DNA of 28,396 nt from an uncultured archaeon (GCA_964388035.1 CAYLZE010000067.1:1-28396); one strand, 5' to 3'. Positions 8,185-19,094 are shown, counted from the stretch's first letter. Translations and numbers: made by a program. Notes: a model not told the origin generated them from the sequence alone.

Positions 8185-9105
8185 ATGTTTAAAGAGAAAT
8201 TTCATGACGGTATAATAAGCGCTAAGCAATTTAAACGAGAGGATATTGATTATATCCTTCAGAAGGGGCATGAGATGAGTTCCATTAAGAATTCAAATCT
8301 TTTACAAGGAAAAATTTTGGCAACATTATTTTTTGAACCTTCAACGCGCACCCGACTTAGTTTTGAATCTGCCATGTACCGTTTGGGAGGAAATGTGATT
8401 GGATTTCAATCAGGAGAGGTCTCATCAATCAAAAAAGGAGAATCTTTAGCAGATACTATTCGCACAGTGGAAAATTACTGTGATTGCATCGTAATGCGGC
8501 ATTCTTTAGAAGGAGCAGCAAAAATGGCTTCCAGGTTTGCCGGTATTCCTATTATAAATGCGGGATCTGGAAGTGGGGAACATCCTACCCAAGCATTACT
8601 CGATTTATTAACAATCAAGGAAGAATGTGGCAAAATAGATGGATTGAACATCGGAATCATGGGTGATTTAAAGTATGGGAGGACAGTTCATTCTCTCTCC
8701 GTGCTATTAACGAATTTTGATATAAATATCTATTTTATAAGTCCAAAAGAATTGTCCATGAGAGAGAGTGATAAAGAATTTTTACAAATTCGACAAATTA
8801 AAGCGAAAGAAATTACGGATTATCGAAAAGTACTAGATATTTTGGATGTACTGTACATGACAAGAATTCAGAAAGAAAGATTTGTAGATCCCGAAGAATA
8901 TGAAAAAGTGAAAAATATCTATCGATTTACTGAGGAGGATTTAAAGTTGACCAAGGATGGATTCAAATTATTACATCCCTTACCGAGAGTTTCGGAGATT
9001 TCATACAAGGTTGATGATTATGAAGAAAAAGCAAAATATTTCAAGCAAGTATATTATGGTTTGCAGTTAAGGAAGGCTCTTTTAGCAGAATTATTAATCG
9101 ATTGA
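8185..9105 (+). CDS. pyrB: Aspartate carbamoyltransferase catalytic subunit
   Basis: FFEPSTRTRLSFE, KKGESLADT, INAGSGSGEHPTQ, GDLKYGRTVHSL, YMTRIQKERF, LHPLPR; SD GAGGAG. Confidence 0.98.
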   Translation: MFKEKFHDGIISAKQFKREDIDYILQKGHEMSSIKNSNLLQGKILATLFFEPSTRTRLSFESAMYRLGGNVIGFQSGEVSSIKKGESLADTIRTVENYCDCIVMRHSLEGAAKMASRFAGIPIINAGSGSGEHPTQALLDLLTIKEECGKIDGLNIGIMGDLKYGRTVHSLSVLLTNFDINIYFISPKELSMRESDKEFLQIRQIKAKEITDYRKVLDILDVLYMTRIQKERFVDPEEYEKVKNIYRFTEEDLKLTKDGFKLLHPLPRVSEISYKVDDYEEKAKYFKQVYYGLQLRKALLAELLID

Positions 9106-9126
9106 AAATTGTACACTATTCTTTTT

Positions 9127-11124
9127 TTAAATGATCCCATTATTGAGAGTAAACGTTGTTATTTTGGATCGTATCAAGGTATTGATGATTTCATCTAATG
9201 TTAGATCATCAGAATTTAACAAGCAATGAAATAGTAATCCTCCATCAATAAACCGTGCTAACCGTTCATGCATCTTAATATTATCGTAGAATGATGATGA
9301 AGAAGTTGTTTTAATGAAATTGGAATAGCATTGCGTATTATTCTTCTTTATTTGATTTGAATTTGTCTCATAATTCCTTTTTGAATCATGAAAAGGATGG
9401 GGTTGTGTTAAAACATAATTAATGTTGGTTTCTTCTCTTTTTTCTCTTATTAAGGAGTTCATTTCATTTAGGATTCTCATTCCGAACTTTGTACTATTTT
9501 CATTTCTTACAAATTCAATTCCACAATGCTGTTCAATTGCTCCAGCAAAATTGTGAAAACTAATAGACCTAATCGCCTGTTCGATACTAATTCTATTAAT
9601 ATCTCCAAAGAAACTATTTATAAACAAATCCCAAGTTTTATTCAAATGTAATTTTTTCGTAATAAAAGAAGTTTTAAAGGAAAAAAGTTCAAACACGGCA
9701 TTCAATCGCTCTTTAACTAATTCCAGAAAAATATCATCATTTCCATTAGCTTTTGAAGCGATAGAGCCGAGATTAATTAAAATCTTGTCTAATATTAATT
9801 GATTAAAAGGAATCTCCGTACTTGAACCTTTATTGATTTTTATATAAAAAGAATTGATTAATCCTTGTTTATCATCAGTATAGAATATGATTCCGTTCTC
9901 ATCCGAGGAAGTTAAATATTTCTCATGAATATCGTTAATATTATCAAGATTTGGGGGATTAGACACGTTTAATAATAAATATGGCAACTCATGAGATAAG
10001 AAACAATCTTGGTTTAATCTCAACCCCGCTAACAATTTTTTAGAGAGAGAATAATCAAGAGTTCCATCTCTTGCCTCACTAAAAAGGGAAAAATCTAATG
10101 ATAAATGCGCTCCATATCTAGTTATTTTCTTAATCAAATTCAATATCCTTGAATTAATAAGATCCACGAAAAATTCTACCTCAAAATCTTCCCAATACTG
10201 AAATAAGCACTTATCAAAATCGGTTAATACAATATCACCTGAAATAAAGGAAAAAAACTGTTCAAGATAATCAAATACTTGTAAAGTTAGTCTAGTTAAA
10301 CCCCTTAGCCCAACATTATTATAGAAATCAGTACCATTCTCCTTTTTAGCCTTTTCAATTAGACTTTTCATGTTCAAGGCGCAAGATAAGGGTTTTATGC
10401 TCCAACTATTTAAATTTAACAATAAAATCTCTTTAGATAAATATAAGTCCGCCAGGTGATTGGGTAGCAAGTTCAATAATAGAAATTGTTCTGAAACATC
10501 AGAACCTAATTTCTTCAAAAAGTGCTCGGGAGTCATGGTTTCATCATTGAACAATTTGTTCACTTCATAAGGAGGAGTACCCAATCGCGTCAAATTATGC
10601 CTAATTTTTTCCAGTCCATTTTCTATTAGAATGGCATTAATTAGTTCCCTCATGAGGGGAGCAGTTAAATATTCGATATTGATTTTATTCAATCGCTGGA
10701 TGGTTTCATTCACTATGATTTTGGCTAAACTCCGATCCAAATTTCCCTCTCGAATCAGATATTCTTCAATTTTTTCGACCTTAAACGGTTCTTTCGAGTA
10801 TTTTGAAGTCCTGATCATTTGGGCTTTATTTTCTTCATTTAAAATATCTTCAATGGTAGTAATAGTATTTAGGATTTTCTTTCCCAAAAATGTGAGAGAA
10901 TAACCATCCTCCGTTGATCGAATCAAATTGCTTGTTTTTAAGGCATTCAAATGGAATGAGAAATTTATATTAGAAGAATAGTGTGTTAAAACATCATTTT
11001 TAAGTTCCGTGAATGATAATGGATGAGAAGCACGATGAAGTTTCTTTATGATATCAATTCTAATGCCATGACTTAAAGTTCTCAATTGTTCTTCTAATAA
11101 CAAAGAAATTTTGTCGGTGTTCAT
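9127..11124 (-). CDS. ArsR-type wHTH + ATP-cone + degenerate class III ribonucleotide reductase (NrdD-like) fusion; putative nucleotide-sensing transcriptional regulator
   Basis: wHTH: LSHGIRIDIIKKL...LSFTELK...FSFHLNALK...YSLTFLGK. ATP cone: IRTSKYSKEPFKVEKIEEYLIREG...YLTAPLMRELINAILIE. NrdD-like segments: RLGTPPYEV, LLPNHLADLYLSKEI, INLGSIASKANGNDDIF, GGLLFH. No C-terminal CxxC pair or RxxGY glycyl loop. Confidence 0.82.
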   Translation of the reverse strand: MNTDKISLLLEEQLRTLSHGIRIDIIKKLHRASHPLSFTELKNDVLTHYSSNINFSFHLNALKTSNLIRSTEDGYSLTFLGKKILNTITTIEDILNEENKAQMIRTSKYSKEPFKVEKIEEYLIREGNLDRSLAKIIVNETIQRLNKINIEYLTAPLMRELINAILIENGLEKIRHNLTRLGTPPYEVNKLFNDETMTPEHFLKKLGSDVSEQFLLLNLLPNHLADLYLSKEILLLNLNSWSIKPLSCALNMKSLIEKAKKENGTDFYNNVGLRGLTRLTLQVFDYLEQFFSFISGDIVLTDFDKCLFQYWEDFEVEFFVDLINSRILNLIKKITRYGAHLSLDFSLFSEARDGTLDYSLSKKLLAGLRLNQDCFLSHELPYLLLNVSNPPNLDNINDIHEKYLTSSDENGIIFYTDDKQGLINSFYIKINKGSSTEIPFNQLILDKILINLGSIASKANGNDDIFLELVKERLNAVFELFSFKTSFITKKLHLNKTWDLFINSFFGDINRISIEQAIRSISFHNFAGAIEQHCGIEFVRNENSTKFGMRILNEMNSLIREKREETNINYVLTQPHPFHDSKRNYETNSNQIKKNNTQCYSNFIKTTSSSSFYDNIKMHERLARFIDGGLLFHCLLNSDDLTLDEIINTLIRSKITTFTLNNGII

Positions 11125-11278
11125 TTGTTCCTCTTTAAAATCCCAAATTTTATCAGAACTTCTTTAAAAAATTAAAAGATACTTACTTATTTAAAAATTT
11201 GGGAATTAGCTTATCAAAATCAAACTTTTGATAATATAAGGGTGATATAAAAAATTGAGAATCGATAAAATTGCAGAC

Positions 11279-11896
11279 TTAACGAGCTGATACTGCTATT
11301 CGTTCAATTTCATCCTTTCTCTTTATCGCTTTTGACTCTTGACTATTTTGGGCTGCTAACATTATTTCTCGGGCGATATTTTCCTCATAATTTCTAATGC
11401 TTGTATGAGAACCCGTAGCAATGGCGAGTACTAAATACTTTATGGCTAAATCTACCCTTCTTTGAGGAGAAACGTCAACTGCTGATGCATAGGAAATACC
11501 TCCCATGGCGATGCGAGTAGTTTCTTCTCGAGGAGCTGAGTTCACGATGGCATCTACCAAAACCTGAATGGGATTTTGCCCCGTATTAAGATAAATTAAA
11601 TTAAACGCATCCTTAACGCTCTTAATTATCTTCTTTTTCTTTCCCGAGTTGTAAGAGGATTTATGCCCCTTGACCTTGCTTTCAATGAACCCTGGGGAAA
11701 GCAACCGATTTATGAAACGTTCTATGACGGAAGCTTTTTGAGATTTCCAAAATTTCTTATGGCTGTGGTTCCCTCCGCTATGGGGGATAATGATCCGTTT
11801 TAGATTGATGTATTTCTCCAAGCTAAAATCTTTTATTTCAATATCATCATACGACCATTTATTGAACAACTTAATATTTTCTTTAGATTTACTCAT
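11279..11896 (-). CDS. rps7: 30S ribosomal protein S7 (uS7)
   Basis: IKLFNKWSY, NPIQVLVDAIVNSAPREETTRIAMGGISYASAVDVSPQRRVD, KDEIERIAVSAR. Confidence 0.98.
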   Translation of the reverse strand: MSKSKENIKLFNKWSYDDIEIKDFSLEKYINLKRIIIPHSGGNHSHKKFWKSQKASVIERFINRLLSPGFIESKVKGHKSSYNSGKKKKIIKSVKDAFNLIYLNTGQNPIQVLVDAIVNSAPREETTRIAMGGISYASAVDVSPQRRVDLAIKYLVLAIATGSHTSIRNYEENIAREIMLAAQNSQESKAIKRKDEIERIAVSAR

Positions 11897-12046
11897 CGAT
11901 TCATCAAATACTGTCCATGCAATCTTATTAGATAGAATAATCCCTCATTTTAATTTTTTTCGAAAAATTTCTAAAATTCCAAAATTTTAAGATTTAGAAT
12001 TCATTACTTAAAATTATATTTTTAATATAAAAAATGGTGTAATGAA

Positions 12047-12475
12047 TTGGCTAAAGGCCTATACAGCGCAAGAAAGTTACAAAGCAATCGGAAAAAGTAT
12101 AAGTGGTCCAAGTCGAAGTATAAACGTAAAAAATTAAAATTAAAACAAAAAGTTGACCCCTTGGAAGGATCTCCGCAAGCGAGTGGAATTGTACTTCAAA
12201 AAGTGGGACGTGAAAGCAAGCAACCTAACTCTGCTATCAGGAAATGCGTCCGAGTTCAGTTAAAAAAGAATGGAAAGGGTATTACGGCTTTTTTACCTGG
12301 AGACGGTGCCTTAAATTTTATTGATGAGCACGACCAGGTAATCGTTGAGGGAATTGGAGGGGCTAAGGGGAGAAGTATAGGAGACTTGCCCGGCGTGCGA
12401 TGGAAAGTAGTTAAAGTTAACGGTGTAAGCTTGGATGCTTTAATTAAAGGTAAAAAAGAGAAACCCATCCGTTAA
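12047..12475 (+). CDS. rps12: 30S ribosomal protein S12 (uS12/S23e type)
   Basis: [36 protein letters not shown]...[18 protein letters not shown]; TTG start with GGTG upstream. Confidence 0.98.
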   Translation: MAKGLYSARKLQSNRKKYKWSKSKYKRKKLKLKQKVDPLEGSPQASGIVLQKVGRESKQPNSAIRKCVRVQLKKNGKGITAFLPGDGALNFIDEHDQVIVEGIGGAKGRSIGDLPGVRWKVVKVNGVSLDALIKGKKEKPIR

Positions 12476-12987
12476 AAATTGGATTAATACAAACCATTCT
12501 ATCTCTTTACTTCTATTTTGTATCATTTAAGAGAAAAAGCTCTTAAGAAGGTAATAAAACTCTTTAAAAAATCCTTTATATTTCTTGTTTATCAAAATGT
12601 TATTAATTAGGGAGAATTTTAAATTTTTTTCTCAATGAAAGATCAAGATTCATTGATTTAACACTGATAATACTCACGGGTATCCAAAATCGATTTAAAT
12701 CAGTAAAAATCTTTTAAGGGGATGGCACTTTTCGTTGTAAATAATCTGGAAAAGTAAATAACCATTATTCAAGACAAAAATGCTACTTTATTTATAGAAT
12801 TTTATTTTTAGTACTATATAAAATCTATTATAATTAAACATAATATCTTTTTATTACTGAGAACTTTAAATAAAAATTTATCCTTATATGAGATTCCTTT
12901 AATAAATAGGCAAAGTACTTGTAATGTATATTGTTGATAATTCATTGACCAAAATTGTAAAAGGAGATGACCATAGACAAGGAGAAA

Positions 12988-13479
12988 TCAATTCTTAGTA
13001 TTTATGATTACATTATCTATATCGAAATGGCGTAACACTAAAAACTTTATTTTCCTAATCATCGACCCATCCTTACCTATTGCCTTTCCACGATCTTGCG
13101 GTCTTACGGAAATAATAACAGTCTTTTTTCCATTTCGCGAGGTTTTTATTTCAATATTTTGTACCTTAATGGAATTTTTCGCCGTGTTTAGAATATATTG
13201 AATGAATTTATCGAGATGTTCTGAAAAAGGAATTACGTCAATCTTCTTTTGAAGTTTTGTCATTAAATCCTTCACATGTTCCCCGCCTTTCCCAATAGCT
13301 TTACCTATATCCTCTTTCTTCACCAAGAAGATGATGATTTCTGAATCCTCGTTCGGAAGCTGAAAGATGATACAATCTTTGATAATTGCACCGCTAATAC
13401 TATTAAATAAGGAAATGAGATCTATTGATTCTCTGTCAACCTTTATGTTTTTTTTTATCATTGTTATAGAATCTATCAT
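12988..13479 (-). CDS. nusA: Archaeal NusA (two KH domains)
   Basis: GKAIGKGGEHVK and DRGKAIGKDGSMI KH GxxG motifs; follows rpl30e. The true start may be ATG 13461. Confidence 0.95.
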   Translation of the reverse strand: MIDSITMIKKNIKVDRESIDLISLFNSISGAIIKDCIIFQLPNEDSEIIIFLVKKEDIGKAIGKGGEHVKDLMTKLQKKIDVIPFSEHLDKFIQYILNTAKNSIKVQNIEIKTSRNGKKTVIISVRPQDRGKAIGKDGSMIRKIKFLVLRHFDIDNVIINTKN

Positions 13480-13501
13480 GCATTAAATTATCGAAAATAA
13501 A

Positions 13502-13855
13502 TTACTTTTTTGCCATCAAACTTAAGATGTCACTGTCTCCAGGGTCCACAACACCTAATACAGAGACCCAGAAGTTTTTAGCTAAAGCAAGACCGAGATC
13601 CAAGCTCGAGCCCTTATATTTATAGACAAAAAGTTTATCCTTCAAAAGAGAAGTGTAATAATTTAATTGCATTTCAAAGTCTTGAGGGATATTATTTGCA
13701 ATCACGAGCATTTTAAAAGGATTATTCCTTAACGCCCTGAGCACTTGATTTTTTCCATAAATAATTTTTCCCGTTTTATAGGCAACTTTAATATTTGTTT
13801 CAAAATCAAACTCTTTAGTTTTCTTCCTTCTCGACAGATCGATTTTATTCGACAT
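13502..13855 (-). CDS. rpl30e: 50S ribosomal protein L30e (eL30)
   Basis: AYKTGKIIYGKNQV...IANN...YKGSSLDLGLAL...VSVLGVVDPGDSDIL; lies between rpoA2 and nusA. Confidence 0.95.
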   Translation of the reverse strand: MSNKIDLSRRKKTKEFDFETNIKVAYKTGKIIYGKNQVLRALRNNPFKMLVIANNIPQDFEMQLNYYTSLLKDKLFVYKYKGSSLDLGLALAKNFWVSVLGVVDPGDSDILSLMAKK

Positions 13856-13973
13856 ATGTTCAAGTATAATATTTGATTATAATTATTATATATTTAGAAA
13901 TAAAAAAAACCTTTATATTCTCAATTCATTGTAATCCGTGATTAAGATTTTAGATGGATATTTGAATAATTTC

Positions 13974-15182
<1,209 letters not shown>

Positions 15183-15188
15183 CTACCT

Positions 15189-18137
15189 CTATTTTTGTGA
15201 TTCTTTCCAATCTAAATATCCTTTGGTTATTTTCCCTCGCCATTCAGCATTTTTTCCCGTTTCTTTTTCATATTTATTCTTTAACTCCTCTTCGTTCGAT
15301 TCTCCCTTATCTTCAGAGACGGCCTTCTCCTCTTTCGGTGTTTGTTCCACTTTCTTTTGTTTTATTTCTTTTTCTTTCGTTCCCTTCTTTTCAGGTTCAG
15401 TTTCCGCTTGGTGTATTTCTTCCTTGATATTTTCAATATCCAAGCTTTTTGCCTTCAGTAAAAGGACGTCTAAATTGACAGCATCCCCGTGATCCGTATT
15501 CTGCGGATTAATTCCATCATCACCAAACTCAAATTGGATGATATTTTTATCTGCATTTCTTACAGTGCCATCATTTTCAACTACCATGTCTTGCAAAGCA
15601 TTTACTAAACGTCTTTGCATGTATCCACTCGTGGAGGTTCGCACTGCTGTATCTACCAACCCTTCTCTCCCTCCCATGGAATGGAAAAAGAATTCAGCAG
15701 GTTTTAATCCATTGCGATAAGAAGATGCGACAAATCCTCTCGCTTTAGGTGTTAAATCATTAATCTTGAAATGGGGTAAGGTTCTATAACTGTATCCCCG
15801 ATTAATACGCTCTCCCCGGATAGCCTGTTGCCCGACCACGGCCGACATTTGCCCTAAATTAAGGATGTTCCCCCGAGCACCAGATTTCGTCATGATCACG
15901 GAATGAGCTTCATCTCCGATAAAATCTGCCGCCAAATCCATGGTCTTGTTTCGGGCTTCTGCTAATACTTGTCTGATCCGAAGCTCGAGGGTTTCTCTCA
16001 TTGAACGTCCAGGAGCCCTTCTTAGAATGGTAGTATCGTTATTATAAAACGCTTGGATTAAATTATCGCATTCTTTTTCAGCGCGCGCTAACTCATCTTC
16101 AATGCTTTTATAAGCGTCTCCTTTAACATATACCTCATCGAGACCCATGGTCATCCCATTCTTACGAATAACATATAACAACATTTTAGTAGCACTATCT
16201 AAAAATTCCCGCCCCCGAGCATTGCCATGGTCCTTGATAATTCTTTGTAAAATGCTATTGGATTGCATGGCTCCAAAAGAGTTCTCATCTATCGTTCCAG
16301 AAATTAATTGCCCATTCTTAATCATCACATATGCATCGTAGTCACAATCTTTTTCCTTACATTCCTCTCCTTCTTTCCTATAACATTTCTTACAAAATTT
16401 GGAGCGAACTCGAATGTTTAGATCATCGGGAAATAAAGTACTAAAAATTTGCTTGCCTGAATATAGGGGCTCGGGATCTGTTTGTACAGGTTCTAAGTCC
16501 TCAAAAGAAAAATGAGTATGCATCTTAAAAATATCCGCAGCATAGAGTAATTTAAGCGTTTCTTTTTTAGTAAAAACCGAATCCTTACTGGTAAATTGAA
16601 ACACGCTCGAAATAAAATCTTGTATTCCTCCTAAGATGGGGCCTCCAAATCTTGGTGATAAGATGTGCTCTTGCACCTTTAATAGAAATTCTGCTTCCGT
16701 TCGCGCCTCTTCGCTTTGAGGGACGTGTAAATTCATCTCATCGCCGTCAAAATCGGCATTGTAAGGAGGGCAGACGGTGAGGTTTAGTCTAAAGGTTTTT
16801 CCGTCCATGATTCTAACTTCATGAGCCATGATGGACATCCGATGGAGGGAAGGTTGGCGATTAAAGAGTACCAGGTCACCATTATTTAAATGACGCTCTA
16901 CAATAAATCCGGGAGCCAACATGTCTGCAATGATTTTTCGATTTTTAACATAACGCAAATCAATCCTTCTTCGATCATTTCTTATGATGTAATTAGCTCC
17001 GGGGTGCCTATTCGGTCCATTTAACACGATTTGCTTCATTTGTTCGATATTCCAATCATTAATGTTCGTTGGAATCGTTAAAATTTTGGCAATTTCCATG
17101 GGTACTCCTACATCATTAATGCTTATGTAAGGATTAGGGGTAATTACACTCCTCGCAGAAAAGTCAACGCGCTTTCCGCTCAAATTACTCCTAAAACGGC
17201 CTTCTTTTCCCTTCAATCTTTGAGTTAAAGTCCTCAATGCGCGCCCAGATCGATGGCGGGCAGGAGGAATTCCTGAAACTTGATTATCAAAATAAGTTGT
17301 AACATGATATTGTAATAATTCCCATAAATCTTCCACGATTAAATGAGGAGCTCCTGCATCGATATTTTCCCTTAATCGTTGGTTAATACGGATAACATCA
17401 ACTAATTTATGGGTCAAATCATCCTCCGAGCGAATTCCACTATCAAGCGTGATAGAAGGTCTCGCACATACCGGAGGGATGGGTAACACCGTGAAAATCA
17501 CCCATTCTAAGCGGGCATTTTCCGGTTGAATTCCTAAGATGCGCATGTCGCCATCAGGAATCTTTTTTAATCGTTCTAATATCTCAATCGGAGTTATTCT
17601 TCGGGAACCTTTTCCCTCTTCTTCTTCATAAAAAGTGGTAGGTTTTTCAATGATAATTTTCTTTTTCCGTGCTCCACAATAGGGGCAGGTCTTATTTTTA
17701 CGGGCTATTTTAAAAACATGCTTGGTGGTATCTTCATCCCCCTCAAAATAAAGCTTACGATGCTTTATTTGTTCCTTTCGAAACCGTTCTTTATCTTCTT
17801 CTGAAAGCAATAATCGAGAACATTCAGGACAGATCGAACGCAAGACCTTTAAAACCTTTTTTGCATACCCGACGTGTATTACTGGGCGAGCTAATTCAAT
17901 ATGACCAAAGTGTCCTAAACAATTGCTTACTAAATTCCCACAAGTTTGACAACGCTGTCCGGGCTCGATCGTCCCAAGTCTTTGATCCATTAATCCGGAA
18001 GGGATCGGAAGCCCATCCTCATCGTAAGTGTCCGCAGTAATGATTCGGGCAGCAGACATACGCCGAATCTCGTCCGGCGAAAGTAGCCCAAATTTTATCT
18101 TCTCTATTAATTTAGTTTTTGAAACAAGATAACTCAT
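15189..18137 (-). CDS. rpoA1: DNA-directed RNA polymerase subunit A' (Rpo1N) with ~85-aa C-terminal extension
   Basis: CQTCG...CLGHFGHIEL, GKRVDFSARSVI, NRQPSLHR, catalytic YNADFDGDEMN, GGREGLVDTAVRTSTSGYMQRRL. Confidence 0.99.
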   Translation of the reverse strand: MSYLVSKTKLIEKIKFGLLSPDEIRRMSAARIITADTYDEDGLPIPSGLMDQRLGTIEPGQRCQTCGNLVSNCLGHFGHIELARPVIHVGYAKKVLKVLRSICPECSRLLLSEEDKERFRKEQIKHRKLYFEGDEDTTKHVFKIARKNKTCPYCGARKKKIIIEKPTTFYEEEEGKGSRRITPIEILERLKKIPDGDMRILGIQPENARLEWVIFTVLPIPPVCARPSITLDSGIRSEDDLTHKLVDVIRINQRLRENIDAGAPHLIVEDLWELLQYHVTTYFDNQVSGIPPARHRSGRALRTLTQRLKGKEGRFRSNLSGKRVDFSARSVITPNPYISINDVGVPMEIAKILTIPTNINDWNIEQMKQIVLNGPNRHPGANYIIRNDRRRIDLRYVKNRKIIADMLAPGFIVERHLNNGDLVLFNRQPSLHRMSIMAHEVRIMDGKTFRLNLTVCPPYNADFDGDEMNLHVPQSEEARTEAEFLLKVQEHILSPRFGGPILGGIQDFISSVFQFTSKDSVFTKKETLKLLYAADIFKMHTHFSFEDLEPVQTDPEPLYSGKQIFSTLFPDDLNIRVRSKFCKKCYRKEGEECKEKDCDYDAYVMIKNGQLISGTIDENSFGAMQSNSILQRIIKDHGNARGREFLDSATKMLLYVIRKNGMTMGLDEVYVKGDAYKSIEDELARAEKECDNLIQAFYNNDTTILRRAPGRSMRETLELRIRQVLAEARNKTMDLAADFIGDEAHSVIMTKSGARGNILNLGQMSAVVGQQAIRGERINRGYSYRTLPHFKINDLTPKARGFVASSYRNGLKPAEFFFHSMGGREGLVDTAVRTSTSGYMQRRLVNALQDMVVENDGTVRNADKNIIQFEFGDDGINPQNTDHGDAVNLDVLLLKAKSLDIENIKEEIHQAETEPEKKGTKEKEIKQKKVEQTPKEEKAVSEDKGESNEEELKNKYEKETGKNAEWRGKITKGYLDWKESQK

Positions 18138-18545
18138 GAAATAAGAACCTCACAATATTTTAAAATTCGCATTTTTTCTCACTAATTAAAATTATAATCC
18201 TATTATTAGAAAATTCTCTACTCATAGAAGATTGCACTCTTCTTTACTATTAGATTCAAAACTAACTATAAAATGAGATACTAAAATACAGTTCACTGTA
18301 TAGGTCAAAATGTAATAAAAGTTAAAAATTTTTCGCTTTAATAACCCACTAAAAAAGAAGAAGAAATTATCCCATCACATTTCAAAAAAAGGTTCTTTTA
18401 AATTATACTTTTTAAAATAAATGATGACTCATTTTAATCTTATTCTTTTATTAAAAAGTTCGATATACTTTCATGAAATTAGAGAAAAAGACTATATAAC
18501 CAAATAAAAAGGGTAAGACCAAATAGGAAAAAATTTAGTTTTTTG

Positions 18546-19094
18546 TTACTTGACGGTAAGCTCCTTTTCTTCGTGTATCGGAAGGAATTCTATTAAAGAA
18601 TCGCCCAAATCCCTGAATAATGCCACGAGAAATATTTTTAAAGAGTCTAAATTGAGCCCTTTAAGTTCAGCACAAAAGGATCTATTATCTTCAAAGATGA
18701 ATAACGTGTCATAATATTCCGTCAGCTGGAGAATCTGATTAATTTTGAACGAGTGATAATACTCTGCGAATTTTTGGGGTTCCAAATTTTCTCGAGGAAA
18801 GGGAAAAAAATAGTCTTGAAGAATCTTGTATCCTCTCTCTTTTAATGCCATTAGGATCTTCATGCGCTGGTGTGGGTGCCTGCCCGTGATTAAAAACTGT
18901 GGGGTAGAACGGGTAATTTGACAAGGATGTTGCCTTAGAAAACACTCAAAAAAATAGGATGCCCGGACCAAGATGCCTGTTGAAATGGAGTCAAAATCTT
19001 TATCAAAATTGAGGTATAGCGTGTCATCGAAATCGAATATGATAGCCTCAGAACCCTTATTGTTCATTTCTTTATTAATGGATTGTCCAAACAT
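18546..19094 (-). CDS. Capless HAD-superfamily phosphatase (PNKP / Swiss-Army-knife HAD-like)
   Basis: Motif I IIFDFDDTLY, motif II LITGR, motif III FK, motif IV IFEDN; SD GGAGG upstream of ATG 19094. Confidence 0.75.
   Translation of the reverse strand: MFGQSINKEMNNKGSEAIIFDFDDTLYLNFDKDFDSISTGILVRASYFFECFLRQHPCQITRSTPQFLITGRHPHQRMKILMALKERGYKILQDYFFPFPRENLEPQKFAEYYHSFKINQILQLTEYYDTLFIFEDNRSFCAELKGLNLDSLKIFLVALFRDLGDSLIEFLPIHEEKELTVK

Noticed and set aside
9127-11124. Functional anaerobic ribonucleotide reductase NrdD
   Set aside because: Lacks the glycyl-radical loop, the C-terminal metal site and a visible finger-loop Cys; no activase nearby.
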